32,870 nucleotides of DNA from Acidobacteriota bacterium (GCA_040755995.1 JBFMAF010000017.1:1-32870); one strand, 5' to 3'; shown: positions 1 through 10,600, counted from the first letter of the stretch. Notes: a model not told the origin generated them from the sequence alone. Numbers and translations are program-made.

Positions 1-1
1 C

Positions 2-181
2 GCGAGCCTGCTCGGCCTGCGCGCAAGCCGAATCGTGATCGCGCACCGCCTAAGCACCGTAATGAAGGCCGACACGATTCACGTAATCGACGCCGGCCGC
101 GTAGTCGAGAGCGGCGGCTACGACGAATTGATGCGCCGCGACGGCCTCTTCGAGATACTCCCCCGGCGCCAACTCACGTAG
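2..181 (+). CDS. 3' end (partial) of ABC exporter ATP-binding subunit, NHLP/bacteriocin-exporter-like
   Basis: Manual translation ASLLGLRASRIVIAHRLSTVMKADTIHVIDAGRVVESGGYDELMRRDGLF...RRQLT*; H-loop IAHRLST; runs off the left edge, so intactness is unknown. Confidence 0.8.
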   Translation, partial: ASLLGLRASRIVIAHRLSTVMKADTIHVIDAGRVVESGGYDELMRRDGLFEILPRRQLT

Positions 182-286
182 CTGCGTCAAAGGGCCAATC
201 GCTGGACCCGCCCCTCCTCGCAGGCCACCATGACCTGGCGCCAGCTGCCGCCGATCCGCTGAGACGGGCCTACAGTGTGCGAGAGA

Positions 287-723
287 CTACTTCCGATTCG
301 GGCCAGGACGCGCGATGAAGTGGTGCGTGAAGTCGGAATCGACAGCCAAGGCCTCACGGATGCCGAGCTTCTCCATCACCACGAAGCTCAGGCAGTCGGT
401 GAAGCTGTATTCCTTGTCACTGTGTCGGGCCAGGTACTCGAAGGCATCCCGTTCTTCCTCGGCGGTCGCTTGGTGAATGCGCCCGAAAACGCCCGCGAAA
501 AGTTGGCGGCCGGCCCGCACGGCCACTTCGTGGGCGAGCTGTGCGTCTCGATGGACGCCTGATGGCAGCAGCGTGATGGTCTCGGCTACCACGTGGTTCG
601 TGGTGATGACGATGTCGTAGAGGTCGCGCCCGCGGTACCCGTCCATGACCGCGCGCACCCGCTCGTGGTTCGCGTCGTCCCGAGCGAACAGCGCGAAGAG
701 GAACCCGTGTCAAGGAAGATCAC
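287..723 (-). pseudogene. vapC: PIN-domain (VapC-like) toxin with a 1-nt frameshift near the 5' end
   Basis: GTG at 723 gives VIFLDTG; FLFALFARDDANHERVRAVM...TTNHVVAET...YSFTDCLSFVVME...ALAVDSDF continues in another frame (one base missing at ACGGGTTC, ~704); GTGA overlap with the antitoxin stop. Confidence 0.8.
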
Positions 724-953
724 TCGCGGGGCTTCCTGTACAGATAGGCATCGTGGTTCTCGGAAACGTCGGGGGGGGTCCCTTTCAAGATCCCAATCAG
801 GCTGTCGATCGCCCTCCACCCCGTCGGATCATCGGCATCGCGCGTTGGCGGAGACGGGATCAGCACCTCGACCTCAGCGTGCTCTTCTAACCTCACAGGC
901 TGCACAGGCTTGAAGACGCCGTCCTCGTAGATCGCCTTGACCGCTGTGGTCAT
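720..953 (-). CDS. Antitoxin, DUF104/AF2212-like
   Basis: 77 aa, N-terminal AIYEDGVFKP motif; directly upstream of and overlapping the PIN gene. Confidence 0.8.
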   Translation of the reverse strand: MTTAVKAIYEDGVFKPVQPVRLEEHAEVEVLIPSPPTRDADDPTGWRAIDSLIGILKGTPPDVSENHDAYLYRKPRE

Positions 954-997
954 TTCATCACCTCGGCATGAATTCTACCACTTCATCGCCAATGTGT

Positions 998-1207
998 TCA
1001 GGCGATCTTCTTCTGCGCCAGAAAGGCACGGACATCCGCAGCTGGATTCGTCGGAATAGCCATCAGGGTCACGCCCTCGCTTTCCATCGCCGCCTCGACT
1101 TGCGCCAACTGCTCGTCCGCTGTCTGCGCGTCGTAGTGGGCGATGACCCGACGAACCCGCTCCTCATCCCCGTAGCCGCCCACCCAACCCGCGCTTGCAG
1201 TGGACAC
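998..1207 (-). CDS. Small hypothetical protein (DEERVRRVIAHY motif), 5' end possibly degraded
   Basis: Protein-like acidic helical sequence DEERVRRVIAHYDAQTADEQLAQVEAAM; same strand as and just upstream of the TA pair; the nearest ATG (1248/1251) is out of frame, so the start is uncertain. Confidence 0.45.
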   Translation of the reverse strand: MSTASAGWVGGYGDEERVRRVIAHYDAQTADEQLAQVEAAMESEGVTLMAIPTNPAADVRAFLAQKKIA

Positions 1208-1270
1208 GCCGGGTTGTTTGCTTGCTGCGCGGGCGTGCCTTTGGTCATCATCGTGCAGTGCTGGTAGGAG

Positions 1271-1562
1271 ATGTCGATGCGGATGCAGACGGTGGTGAGC
1301 GAGGGCGGCAGTGAAGCCCCGGATTCTGCTACTGGACGACGCCGCCAGCGCGTTGGACAACCGGACGTGGGCGCTGGTAGACGCGAGCCTGCTCGGCCTG
1401 CGCGCCTGCCGCATAGTGATCGCGCACCGCCTAAGCACCGTAATGAAGGCCGACACGATCCACGTCATCGATGGCGGTCGCGCCGTCGAGAGCGGCGGCT
1501 ACCACGATCTGATGCGCCGCAACGGCCTCTTCGCCCAACTAGCCCGCCGCCAGCTGACCTAG
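1271..1562 (+). pseudogene. Second, truncated copy of the ABC exporter NBD C-terminus; LSGGQ signature deleted
   Basis: MSMRMQTVVSEGGS joins out of frame to VKPRILLLDDAASALDNRT...IAHRLST; 1382-1562 is a close direct repeat of 1-181. Confidence 0.8.
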
Positions 1563-1767
1563 TCTCTCGGCGAGCAGCGCCTGCTGCTGCAGTTCATCAG
1601 CGGTATTTCGAAGCTGAGGGTGGCGGGAACAGAGAAGCGCGCGTTCGCGTGCTGGGGCAGGGAGTTCGCCGCTCAGAAGACAATCGCCATGCGTCAGGGC
1701 ACGTCGCCAATTCGCTCGCCGTGTTCAATTCCGTCCTCATGGTCTTGACCTGGTTGATCATCTTCTG

Positions 1768-1959
1768 GGCGAGAAGGAATCCGGCGGCAAGAAAGAGGAG
1801 TTCCCGATCTACCTCGAGAAGAAGCTGATCACGCAGCCAAGCACCACGTTCGAGATCGTGGTTGGCCAGGAGCCCGCCAAGGCCGGCATCGACCCGTACA
1901 CCAAGCTCATCGACCGCAACGGCGACGACAACGTGAAGGCTGTTCGCGGGTTGGTGTGA
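1768..1959 (+). pseudogene. C-terminal fragment of ABC-2 permease/M1 aminopeptidase fusion protein
   Basis: Startless frame GEKESGGKKEEFPIYLEKKLITQPSTTFEIVVGQEPAKAGIDPYTKLIDRNGDDNVKAV*; the AGIDPYxKLIDRNxDDN tail is as I recall it for that family. Confidence 0.65.
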
Positions 1960-2067
1960 GGGCGCCGGAGAGGCTGAGGCCCTATCGAGGCGGCCGCCGG
2001 CGATCGGCCCGATGGCATCTCGGACTCGAGAATTCAGGATTCCGAGTACGCGGCCCGCGGAGTCGGG

Positions 2068-5001
2068 CTACGGCTCCGCCCCGCAAACAACGCTGCGACA
2101 AGCAACGCGGTTGCGGCCACCATGCTTCGCCTCGTAGAGCGCGCTGTCGGCGGCCGCGAGCAAGTCAGAGGGACTGCACCGCAGGCCGGCAGCCACACTC
2201 GCGACGCCGATACTCAAGGTGAGCCCGTCGCCGGTGGGCGAGGCGCGGTGCTCGATGGCCAGGCCCGCGATGGCGCAGCGCATTGTCTCCGCAACACCCA
2301 GGGCCCCGGCCGCATCCGTACCCGGCAGCACAGCCGCGAACTCCTCACCGCCGTAACGCGCCACAAGGTCAGTCGGCCGCCTGGCCTCGGCGGACATCGC
2401 CCGGGCCACCTTCACCAGGCACTCATCGCCGGCCGGGTGGCCGTAGCTGTCGTTGTAGGCTTTGAAACCGTCGATATCGGCAAGCAGCACGGCAAGCGCC
2501 TGGCCAGACCGCACGGCGCGGCTGCACTCGCGCCTCAGATGCTCCTGGAAGTGCCTGTGGTTGGCGATGCCTGTCAGGCCGTCAAGATCGGCCAGATCTT
2601 GAAGCCGCTTGTTGGCCTCGGCCAGCTGTGCTGTGCGAATCACCACCTGCTGCTCCAGCTCGCGCCGGTGCGCATTGACGCGGCGCAACCTGATTCGGTG
2701 CCCGCCGATGATTGCCGCGGCGACGGCTCCAACGGCCAGGGCGACGAACCAGCGTGTCTCCCAGAAGCGCGGCGCCAACGTAAACTCGACCACGGCCCCA
2801 TCCCCCGCCCACTGGCCGTCGTGATTGCACGCGACTACGCGGAAGCGGTAGTGCCCGGGACGCAGGCGGGTGTAGTACGCCGTGCGCCGGCGACCCGCCT
2901 CGACCCACTCCTCCTCCAGCCCCTCGAGTCGATAACGAAAGGCCACGCGCTCAGGGGCGAGGTACGTCAGCGCCGTGTAGTCGATCTCGAGGTTGCGGCT
3001 CCCGGGCGGCACGACGATGGCGCCGCCGAGCGGGAAGTTGCGTTGATCAACGCGCATCGCCTCCACCGCCACGCGCACCGGCGTGCGATCCACCACCAGC
3101 AGCCGCGGATCCACGATCGCCACCCCTGCCAGCGTCGGGAAGAGCATGCGGCCGTCCCGCATCTTCCACGCCGACGGCTGGTTGCCTCCGTTACATTCAC
3201 TGGCGGGCATGCCGTCGCCGCGGTCGAAGAGCCGGGCGTCGAGATCGATGCGGTTGTCACCTTCCATCAGGCGTTCCAACGATCGACGGCGCACTGTCAT
3301 GACGCCCTGGTTGCTGCTCATCCACAGGTTCCCGCTGGCGTCCTCAAGGATCGCCCATATCGTGTCCGCGGGCAACCCTTGCGCGCCGGTGATTTGCGCG
3401 AACCGTCCCCGGGTGTAGCGCAGCAAGCCGCCGCCCAACGTGCCGACCCAGAGGGTGCCTTTGGGGTCGATATAGAGGGCCGTGAGGAACACCTCGGGGA
3501 TTCCCCCGCTGCGCGTCCAAGTTGTCAACTTCTCGTTGTAGAGCCGCGCCAGTCCGCGTTGTGTTGCGATCCAGATTGCGCCGTCATGGTCCTCGGCGAA
3601 GGCCGTCACGGCACGGCTGGGCAAGCCCTGTTCCGGGCCCCAGCTGCGCCAGGTCCGGCCATCGAATCTGCCCGCACCGCCTGTGTTCGTCCCGACCCAG
3701 AGCGTGCCGCGCGAGTCCTCGAACAGGGCCAGAATGAAGTCGCTCGGAAGCTCGCCCCCGGCGAGCGTGTGGCGAGTGAGCTCCTGGCCGCGTTGCCGCA
3801 CCAGGCCGGCACCGCTCGTGCCGATCCAGAGATCCCCGCCCCGCGCCTCGAGCACGCAGGTGGCTCGAGAGGACGGCAGCCCCTCGGCCGTCGAGAAGAC
3901 GCTGACTCGTTCGCCCGTGACGCGGTTCAAGCCACCCGCGGCGGTTGCCACGAGCAGTGATCCGTCCGCAGCCTCGGCCACCGACATGACCATCGAGTTG
4001 GATAGACCCTCGTGCGACGTCAGCGCGCGGATGCGTGCTGACCGCACCCGCAACAGCCCGGCGTTCTGTGTGCCGACCCACAGGCTGCCCTCGTCGTCCA
4101 GAAGCAAGGCGAGCACCGTGGCTCCGGCCAGCGGGTGGCTCGCGGCGAAGCGTTCGATGCCGGTGGGGCCCATGCGGAGCAGCCCGCTGCGCGTGCCCAC
4201 CCATGTCGACTCCCCGAGCGGCAGCACACTTCCTATGAAATCGTCGAGTCCCTCCGCAGCCCCCCAGTGCAACACCTCCGCGCCCATGACTCGGTACAGA
4301 CCGCGCCCCAGGGTGCCGATCCAGATCGCACCCCCGTCGTCCGTCGTCAGGACGCGCACCGGCGTCTTCCCCAATTCTCCGGGCAGTCCATCCCGAGTCA
4401 GCTTGCCGTCGTGCAGCCGCGCGAGCCCGCCGCTCGTCCCAATCCAGAGCGATCCGTCGCGCGCAGCGGCGAGAGCCGTGACTGTTGAATTCGGCATACC
4501 TTCGGCGGTCCCGAAGAGTGAGTGCACCTTGCCGCCCTCGATGAGCGCCAGCCCCTGTCCTGTGCCTACCCAGAGAGCGTCGCTGCCGGCCGGCAGGATC
4601 GTCGTGACACGCTCGTCCGGTAGCCGCGATGCCTGGTTGAGCGGCAGGGTATCTTGCCGGCCCACGCCGAAGAGCCCGCGGCTCATCGTACCCAGCCAGA
4701 GGCGCCCGCCGGGCCCCTCGGCCAGAGCCATTACGGGACCGCTCGGGAGGCCGTGGAGCGCCGAATCGCGCCGATCGGCGAAACGCTGGCCGTCGAACCG
4801 TGCGGCCCCCTCCAGGGTTGCAACCCATATATAGCCCGCCTGGTCCTGCAGGAGACTGGTGACAGAGTTCTGTGGCAAGCCGGTTTCGGAGGTCCAGGCA
4901 TCGAGCCCGAGTTGACTCAACGGCCCGGACAGCGAGTGAGCCGGCGGCGTGCGCATCACTGCGATCGCTACGATCAGGGGCCAGATGCCGCGTATCATCA
5001 A
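2068..5001 (-). CDS. Diguanylate cyclase with extracytoplasmic two-component-regulator beta-propeller and Y_Y_Y domain
   Basis: 977 aa; signal peptide, ~14 D..G.LW.GT..GL repeats, YRYRLEG/YTRLRPGHYRF (Y_Y_Y), TM helix, DGLTGIAN, RPTD I-site, GGEEF. Confidence 0.92.
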   Translation of the reverse strand: MMIRGIWPLIVAIAVMRTPPAHSLSGPLSQLGLDAWTSETGLPQNSVTSLLQDQAGYIWVATLEGAARFDGQRFADRRDSALHGLPSGPVMALAEGPGGRLWLGTMSRGLFGVGRQDTLPLNQASRLPDERVTTILPAGSDALWVGTGQGLALIEGGKVHSLFGTAEGMPNSTVTALAAARDGSLWIGTSGGLARLHDGKLTRDGLPGELGKTPVRVLTTDDGGAIWIGTLGRGLYRVMGAEVLHWGAAEGLDDFIGSVLPLGESTWVGTRSGLLRMGPTGIERFAASHPLAGATVLALLLDDEGSLWVGTQNAGLLRVRSARIRALTSHEGLSNSMVMSVAEAADGSLLVATAAGGLNRVTGERVSVFSTAEGLPSSRATCVLEARGGDLWIGTSGAGLVRQRGQELTRHTLAGGELPSDFILALFEDSRGTLWVGTNTGGAGRFDGRTWRSWGPEQGLPSRAVTAFAEDHDGAIWIATQRGLARLYNEKLTTWTRSGGIPEVFLTALYIDPKGTLWVGTLGGGLLRYTRGRFAQITGAQGLPADTIWAILEDASGNLWMSSNQGVMTVRRRSLERLMEGDNRIDLDARLFDRGDGMPASECNGGNQPSAWKMRDGRMLFPTLAGVAIVDPRLLVVDRTPVRVAVEAMRVDQRNFPLGGAIVVPPGSRNLEIDYTALTYLAPERVAFRYRLEGLEEEWVEAGRRRTAYYTRLRPGHYRFRVVACNHDGQWAGDGAVVEFTLAPRFWETRWFVALAVGAVAAAIIGGHRIRLRRVNAHRRELEQQVVIRTAQLAEANKRLQDLADLDGLTGIANHRHFQEHLRRECSRAVRSGQALAVLLADIDGFKAYNDSYGHPAGDECLVKVARAMSAEARRPTDLVARYGGEEFAAVLPGTDAAGALGVAETMRCAIAGLAIEHRASPTGDGLTLSIGVASVAAGLRCSPSDLLAAADSALYEAKHGGRNRVACRSVVCGAEP

Positions 5002-5299
5002 GCCAACTCCCGGATGCTGAATCCTACCGGAATCCAGGCGTGATTGCTACGGGACAGGCATGCTGGCGAAGCGATCCAGACCCATTGGTCAATGTCGCTC
5101 TCTCAGCCTGCCCGGGGCCAATCATCCTCCTCTCGTGAGACGGCAGACGGTAGTATGGCGGTTACAGGTGTTCATTGCTGGGAGGTGCGCAGGCGATGGC
5201 CCATCCGATCGCGCACCCGGCTCGTCTGCATCAGCGCCAGTGGTGAGAACCGGACGACCTGACGACCTTTGGTGCGGCCGAGATCCTCTGTCTCGTTGA

Positions 5300-5446
5300 T
5301 TCCAGCGTTGACATTCGGCAGGGGCCGTACCAGGTCGCCCAGAAGTCCAGTAGCACCACCGATCGCCCGCGCAAAGAGGTCAACGCTATCTCTCGTCCGG
5401 AGAGATCCCGGGCAGCCAATTCTGGCGCGCGACCGCCAATTCTCAC
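5300..5446 (-). pseudogene. TlpA/ResA-like redoxin N-terminal fragment, CxxC changed to YGPC
   Basis: IGGRAPELAARDLSGREIALTSLRGRSVVLLDFWATWYGPCRM, then similarity is lost. Confidence 0.7.
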
Positions 5447-5845
5447 ATGTAGTCGACTGAGCCGTCGGGCTTCTTGTGCGCAACGATGACCTGCGACGCC
5501 GGGATCTCCCTGCCGTCGCGTGTCAGCAACGCAGTCTCGCCGCTCCACACGCCGCTCCTGCTGGCCGCAGGGATGCCCTTCGAGGCGATCGCCTGGTACG
5601 CCCACCCCGGATGGAACCCCCGTATCTCGAGCCCCCTGACGTCTTCGTCCTCGCGGATCCCCATCATCCTCCGTCCCGGACCGCTGACATAGAGCAGCCG
5701 CTGGTCAGCGCCAGCGATGCCGACGAGGTCGGATGTCGCCTCAATGATCGCAGTGAGCCTGGCGCGAGTTTCCTCTGACCTCGTATCTTGGATGATGCAT
5801 GCGAGAGCGTTGGCGACGGCGGTCAGGAAGTCACCTCGTCGATGC
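5443..5845 (-). pseudogene. GAF-end/PAS fragment of a signalling protein
   Basis: Startless frame DFLTAVANALACIIQ...RLTAIIEATSDLVGIA...LLYV...WSGETALLTRDGREIPASQVIVAHKKPDGSVDYM*; stops inside the PAC motif. Confidence 0.7.
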
Positions 5846-6081
5846 GACAGTCTAGCATCGGAAACGCAGCCATGCCTTAGTGTTGCCTGGAACCCTCAAT
5901 ACAGTGTAGGGTCCTGGTGCCGACCACGTCGACTGAACCGGTCGAGCGTTTTTCGGCGGCGAGCAGGCTTGAGGCGCCGAATCGCCGCATCGTACAATGA
6001 CATGCGAACCGAAGTCGGTAGGCTCCTCCACCGCGCCAAGGCCGCCGGGCCACCACTCGCTACGCCGACTGCGGCGGCGGA

Positions 6082-6121
6082 TGTCATATGGAGCGGCCGG
6101 TGAAGCAACTAAGTAGGTGAA
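6082..6121 (+). promoter_or_regulatory. Putative ECF-type autoregulatory promoter (TGTCATA-N17-CAACTAA)
   Basis: Immediately upstream of the ECF sigma gene; both boxes are conserved in the second copy at 12737 (CGACTAA) while the spacer diverges. Confidence 0.45.
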
Positions 6122-6670
6122 ATGGATGTGCCGGGCGAGTCGGGCTTGAATCCTGAGGAGCCCGGGATGACGGTAGCGGAGCTGGAGCGGCACCATCCGA
6201 AGAGCTTCGGCTGGGCGCTCGCCTGCTGCCGCGGTGATCGCAGCGAGGCGGAGGAGGTCCTGCAGGTGGCTTACATGAAGATCCTCGACGGCTCGGCCCG
6301 ATTCAACGCCCGCTCGCAGTTCAAGACATGGCTCTTCGCGGTGATCCGGCTGACGGCACAGGAGCACCGGCGCCGGGCCTTCCTGCGCCGCCTCATCGAG
6401 GACCGCGCCCAGCGATGGCGTGATCAGGTCGAGCAGCCCGCGGTGCCGGCGATCGAGGCGGATTCCGAGAAGGTCGAGGCGCTCCGTCTTGCGCTGGGCG
6501 AGCTGTCCCGAAGGCAGCAAGAAGTGATCAACCTGGTTTTCTACCAGGACCTGTCCGTTGCTGAGGCGGCCGAGGTGATGAAGGTCTCCGTCGGCAGCGC
6601 TAGCAGGCATTATGAGCGGGGCAAGAAACGACTTCTCGTCGGGCTCGAGGCCCGTGGAGTGTGCAAGTGA
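6122..6670 (+). CDS. ECF RNA polymerase sigma factor
   Basis: 182 aa; region 2 AEEVLQ...FKTWLF; region 4 LSRRQQEVINLVFYQDLSVAEAAEVMKVSVGS. Confidence 0.92.
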   Translation: MDVPGESGLNPEEPGMTVAELERHHPKSFGWALACCRGDRSEAEEVLQVAYMKILDGSARFNARSQFKTWLFAVIRLTAQEHRRRAFLRRLIEDRAQRWRDQVEQPAVPAIEADSEKVEALRLALGELSRRQQEVINLVFYQDLSVAEAAEVMKVSVGSASRHYERGKKRLLVGLEARGVCK

Positions 6671-7047
6671 AGAGTGAAGAAGAACGGTTGCGCCGGCTAT
6701 TCGCAGCTCTGCGCCGCGACGACGAGCTGCGGGCCCCGTCATTCGAAGTCGTGCGCAGCGCATCGAGCAGGTGCGAGGACCGTGCGCCGAGATTGCGGCC
6801 GCGATTGTCGCTGGTCCTCACCACACTGGCGGTAGGCGTCACGGTAGTCGGAGTCGCTCTTCTGTTGGAGCGCGAGACGGTGTCGCCGGCAATCCGCATT
6901 CAGACTACTCCACTCGCACTTCCGCTCGACTGCCTGCTCGAACCACCGAGCCCCATCGTGGCGCAGACCGTTCCTGACTTCGCCACCGGCCCGGAATTCG
7001 TCTGGGGATCCGTATCGAAGGAATCCCCGGTAGGAGGTACCCAATGA
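6667..7047 (+). CDS. Putative single-TM anti-sigma factor
   Basis: GTGA overlap with the sigma stop; charged N-terminus, one hydrophobic segment (LSLVLTTLAVGVTVVGVALLL). Confidence 0.7.
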   Translation: MKSEEERLRRLFAALRRDDELRAPSFEVVRSASSRCEDRAPRLRPRLSLVLTTLAVGVTVVGVALLLERETVSPAIRIQTTPLALPLDCLLEPPSPIVAQTVPDFATGPEFVWGSVSKESPVGGTQ

Positions 7048-7592
7048 GAGACAGAGTTAGACGGTGGCGGTTGCAGTGCGCCGTCCTGCCGGTGTGCGCG
7101 ATCATCGCGCTGGCCGGCTGTGATCGTTCCGGCCAGGCGCCGAAACCAGGCGCAGGGGGTGGCCTGGGGGAGACTCGGACCATGGCAGTCCCGCCTCCGC
7201 CCGGTCAGCCTCAACCGCCCCCCCAGGGCGAACCAGGGCCCATCGAGAAGTACCTGTTCCCGCCCGACCTGATCATGGTGCACCAGGCGGAGATCGGCAT
7301 CAAAGACGAACAGCGAGAGGAGATCATCACTGCCGTGCAGGAGGCTCAATCGAAGATCATGCGCCTGCAGTGGGAGATGCACCAGGCCATGGGGCAGATC
7401 GAGCGCGAGCTCGAAAGCCCGCGAGTCGACGAGGCGAAGGCGCTCGGCACCTCCGGGCGCATCACCGATATCGAAGGCCAGATCAAGCAGATTCATCTCG
7501 GCTTGCTGATCCGCATCAAGAACCGGCTCAGTGAAGAGCAACAGCGCCGGTTGACCGAGTTGCGGCGCGTACACGCGCCCCACGGCAGGTAG
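7044..7592 (+). CDS. Spy/CpxP/ZraP-like periplasmic helical lipoprotein
   Basis: Lipobox LAGC, Pro-rich linker, Met-rich helical hairpin, terminal LSEEQQ (LTxxQ-like); AGGAGG RBS; ATGA overlap. Confidence 0.75.
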   Translation: MRDRVRRWRLQCAVLPVCAIIALAGCDRSGQAPKPGAGGGLGETRTMAVPPPPGQPQPPPQGEPGPIEKYLFPPDLIMVHQAEIGIKDEQREEIITAVQEAQSKIMRLQWEMHQAMGQIERELESPRVDEAKALGTSGRITDIEGQIKQIHLGLLIRIKNRLSEEQQRRLTELRRVHAPHGR

Positions 7593-7659
7593 ACTGATGT
7601 AAACAAATACCATTTCACTTGGTGAGCGACAGGAGGCGGCTACCAATTCCAGGCAAGAC

Positions 7660-10600
7660 TCAAGCGTTCAGGTTGGGTCTTTCCGTCCTTCTATCCAGCA
7701 CATCCCGAACTCTTCTTGACAGACTTTCCAAAGAAAACGGCTTCTGAATGAAACTCATCTCCCCTTCTCTTACCCCATGATAGACCACCGCCTCGTCCGC
7801 ATATCCCGACATATAGAGCACCTTGAAGTCCTGGCGGATGTGCCTCAGACGATCGACAAGGTCCGGACCGCTCATCTTCGGCATCACCACATCCGTCAAG
7901 ATCAAGTCGATGGCTTCCTGCTGCTGCTCGCAAACCAGGAAGGCCTCTCCGCCATTGCGCGCCTCCAGTACCTCATACCCCTGCCTCTTCAGTATCTCAA
8001 CCGCCAGTCTCCGGACCACCTCCTCATCCTCCACCACCAACACCGTCTCTCTCCCACGAGGGATCGCCTCTGGATACCACTTCTCTTCTAACTCCTGTAC
8101 CGGCTCATCAACCCTCGGAAGATAGATCTTGAAGGTCGTTCCCCTCCCGGGTTCACTGTAAACCCAGATGTTCCCCCCGCTCTGTTTCACAATCCCATAG
8201 ACCGTCGACAATCCCAAACCCGTCCCTTTCCCCTTCTCTTTGGTTGTAAAGAAGGGCTCAAAGACACGGTTCCTGACCTCCGGAGTCATCCCGCATCCCG
8301 TATCGCTCACGGATAACCTGACATAATGACCCGGTACTACACTGAGATGGTTGTGGGCATACTCCTCATCGAGACAAACATTCTCTGTTTCCAGAATCAG
8401 CTTTCCCCCCGAGGGCATCGCATCCCTTGAATTAACGGCCAGGTTGAAGATCACCTGCTCCATCTGTCCCGGATCGGTCCTGATCCGTCCCAGGTCTTCT
8501 CCTGGATGAATGAAGAGCTCAACATCCTCTCCGATCATACGGCGTAACATCTTCTCCAGGCCCTGAATGAGTCTGTTCAGGTCCAGCACCTTCAACTCCA
8601 GAACCTGCCGCCGGCTGAAGGCCAGAAGCCCCCGAGTCAAATCCGAGGCCCGGTTTGAAGCCGTCGAGATCTGTCTCAGATCCTCCATCAGCGGATCGCC
8701 TTCCCTGAGTTCGCTGAGGGCGAGTTGACTATAGCCGTCGATGACCGTCAAGAGGTTGTTGAAGTCATGGGCAATCCCCCCGGCCAATCTTCCGACCGCT
8801 TCCAACTTCTGTGATTGGCGAAGCTGCTCCTGAAGCTCGATCATCTCCTTCTCCGCCCTTTTGCGATCAGAGATGTCTCGAGTCACACCAAGAAGCCCTG
8901 AAACTCGCCCCTCCGAATCACGCAGAAAAGTAATCGTGCTCTCTGTCCAGACAGTACGACCATCACTGCGATTCTCTTCGAGTTCCAACGTCCTCGCCCT
9001 GAACAAGTCCTTTCTCTCCGAATTCTCCATCTCGAGCTCTTCCGCAAGAACTTTCCTGGCCACTTCAAGAGAAGCAGGAGTGAGGATCTCTTCCAATGTC
9101 TGTGTCAGTGCTTCATCAACGCTGTACCCACGGATACGTTTGACTGAGGGACTGACATAAGAGAAACGAAGATTCAAATCCGACGTCCAGATAATGTCCG
9201 TTAGATTCTCAGCAAGGAGTCGATAGCGCCTCTCGCTTTCGGATAATGCCTCCTCTGCCCGCTTCCGCTCCTTTTCGTGCCGATCTCTTTGCAGCCTTGC
9301 GTTCAGTATCGGGGAGATGTGACCAGCAATGGTCTCCAGTAGTTCCTTGTCCTTCTCCCCATAGTCGACTTCCTTGTTGGCGACCGAGAGAAGCCCGATT
9401 GCTTGCTGACGATAAATGATGGGCACAGTTAGAAATCTATCAATCTTGATGTGCCCTGCTGGTACACGAAAGGGCCCGTTCGAATAGAAGGCCTTCTTCT
9501 CCCTGAGAGCCCGACCCCAGAGCCCACCCCATGTCTCGGGAGGGAATACGATGTCCTTCTCTGGAACCTGACACTGGTCCCAAACATCTCTGGTCAAGGA
9601 AGGCATAACCAGAACGCCATCTTCGTCGATGTACCCGAAAACACCGTAGTTGCTTCCCATGATCCCCAAGACGATGTCGAGCACTTCGCCATACATCTCC
9701 TGGTCAGGGATAGTGAGGAAGATACCTGCGATCTGGTTCCGGATGCTCAGATCATGCTCTGACTGCCGCAGCGCCTCTTCGGCCCGCTTGCGCTCAGCGC
9801 GAGTACGCAGGGCGGTGATGCCAAACGCCAGGTCGCCGGACAGTCCCTCCATCAACCGGATCTCTTCCGGTGTGATGGAGTTGGCCTCAGCGGAGTAGAT
9901 CAGGAGAACGCCGAATACTTGTGCGGTTTCGTCCTTCAAAGGCAGCGCGATGCCGGAGCGATAGCCCCGCTGCAAGGCACTTTCGCGCCACGGGGCCATT
10001 CGTGGGTCGGTTGTGAAATCCTGAACATGGATCGTTTCACCGCTTCGGATAGCGATCCCGGCGGGTCCTCGTCCGCGTTCCGTGTCGTCCGCCCAACTAA
10101 GCTTGGCGTCTGCGACATACCCACTTTCGAAACCAGCCCAGGCTACAGGGCGCACGGTCTTGCCAGCATCATTCTCAGCATATCCCACCCAAGCCAGGCA
10201 GTAACCTGCCTCGTCGCAAACGGTGCGGCAGACTTCGTTGAGCAAGGTCTGCTCGTCAACTGCCCGCAACAGAGTCTCGTTGCAGTTAGTGATTGCCGCC
10301 AGTTTTCGATTCAGACGCTGCAGCGCTTGCTCTGCCCGTCTTCACTCCTCAACTGCGTGTGTGAGTTTGATGTTGCTGTAACTCAGATTGCCAATCATTC
10401 CAGCAAAAGCGGTGTAAAAGGACATGGCCGCATTGACCTTTTTCCGGCTCCAGCGCGGTACCCGGTCCAGAGCCGCCATGTATTCCTGCTCATCGAATCC
10501 GAACTGGCGCGCTTGTTGACGGAAGACTCCATAGTCCGGCGTTTCGTCGTCAAACAGAAACTGGCCGAGGAAGATATTGCCCACGTGCCTGTCACCTATC

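Noticed and set aside
2122..4834. Long alternative-frame ORFs (612, 414, 383 aa) over the GGDEF gene, and similar shadows over the nuo and SBBP genes
   Set aside because: Antisense or off-frame shadows expected in GC-rich DNA; no motifs, and they overlap well-supported genes
5852..6763. 303-aa minus-strand ORF
   Set aside because: Mostly antisense to the ECF sigma gene; no recognisable domain
10342..10344. Selenocysteine or genetic-code reassignment at the in-frame TGA
   Set aside because: The position corresponds to Arg in a coiled-coil linker rather than a Cys site, and TGA is a normal stop for many genes in the window
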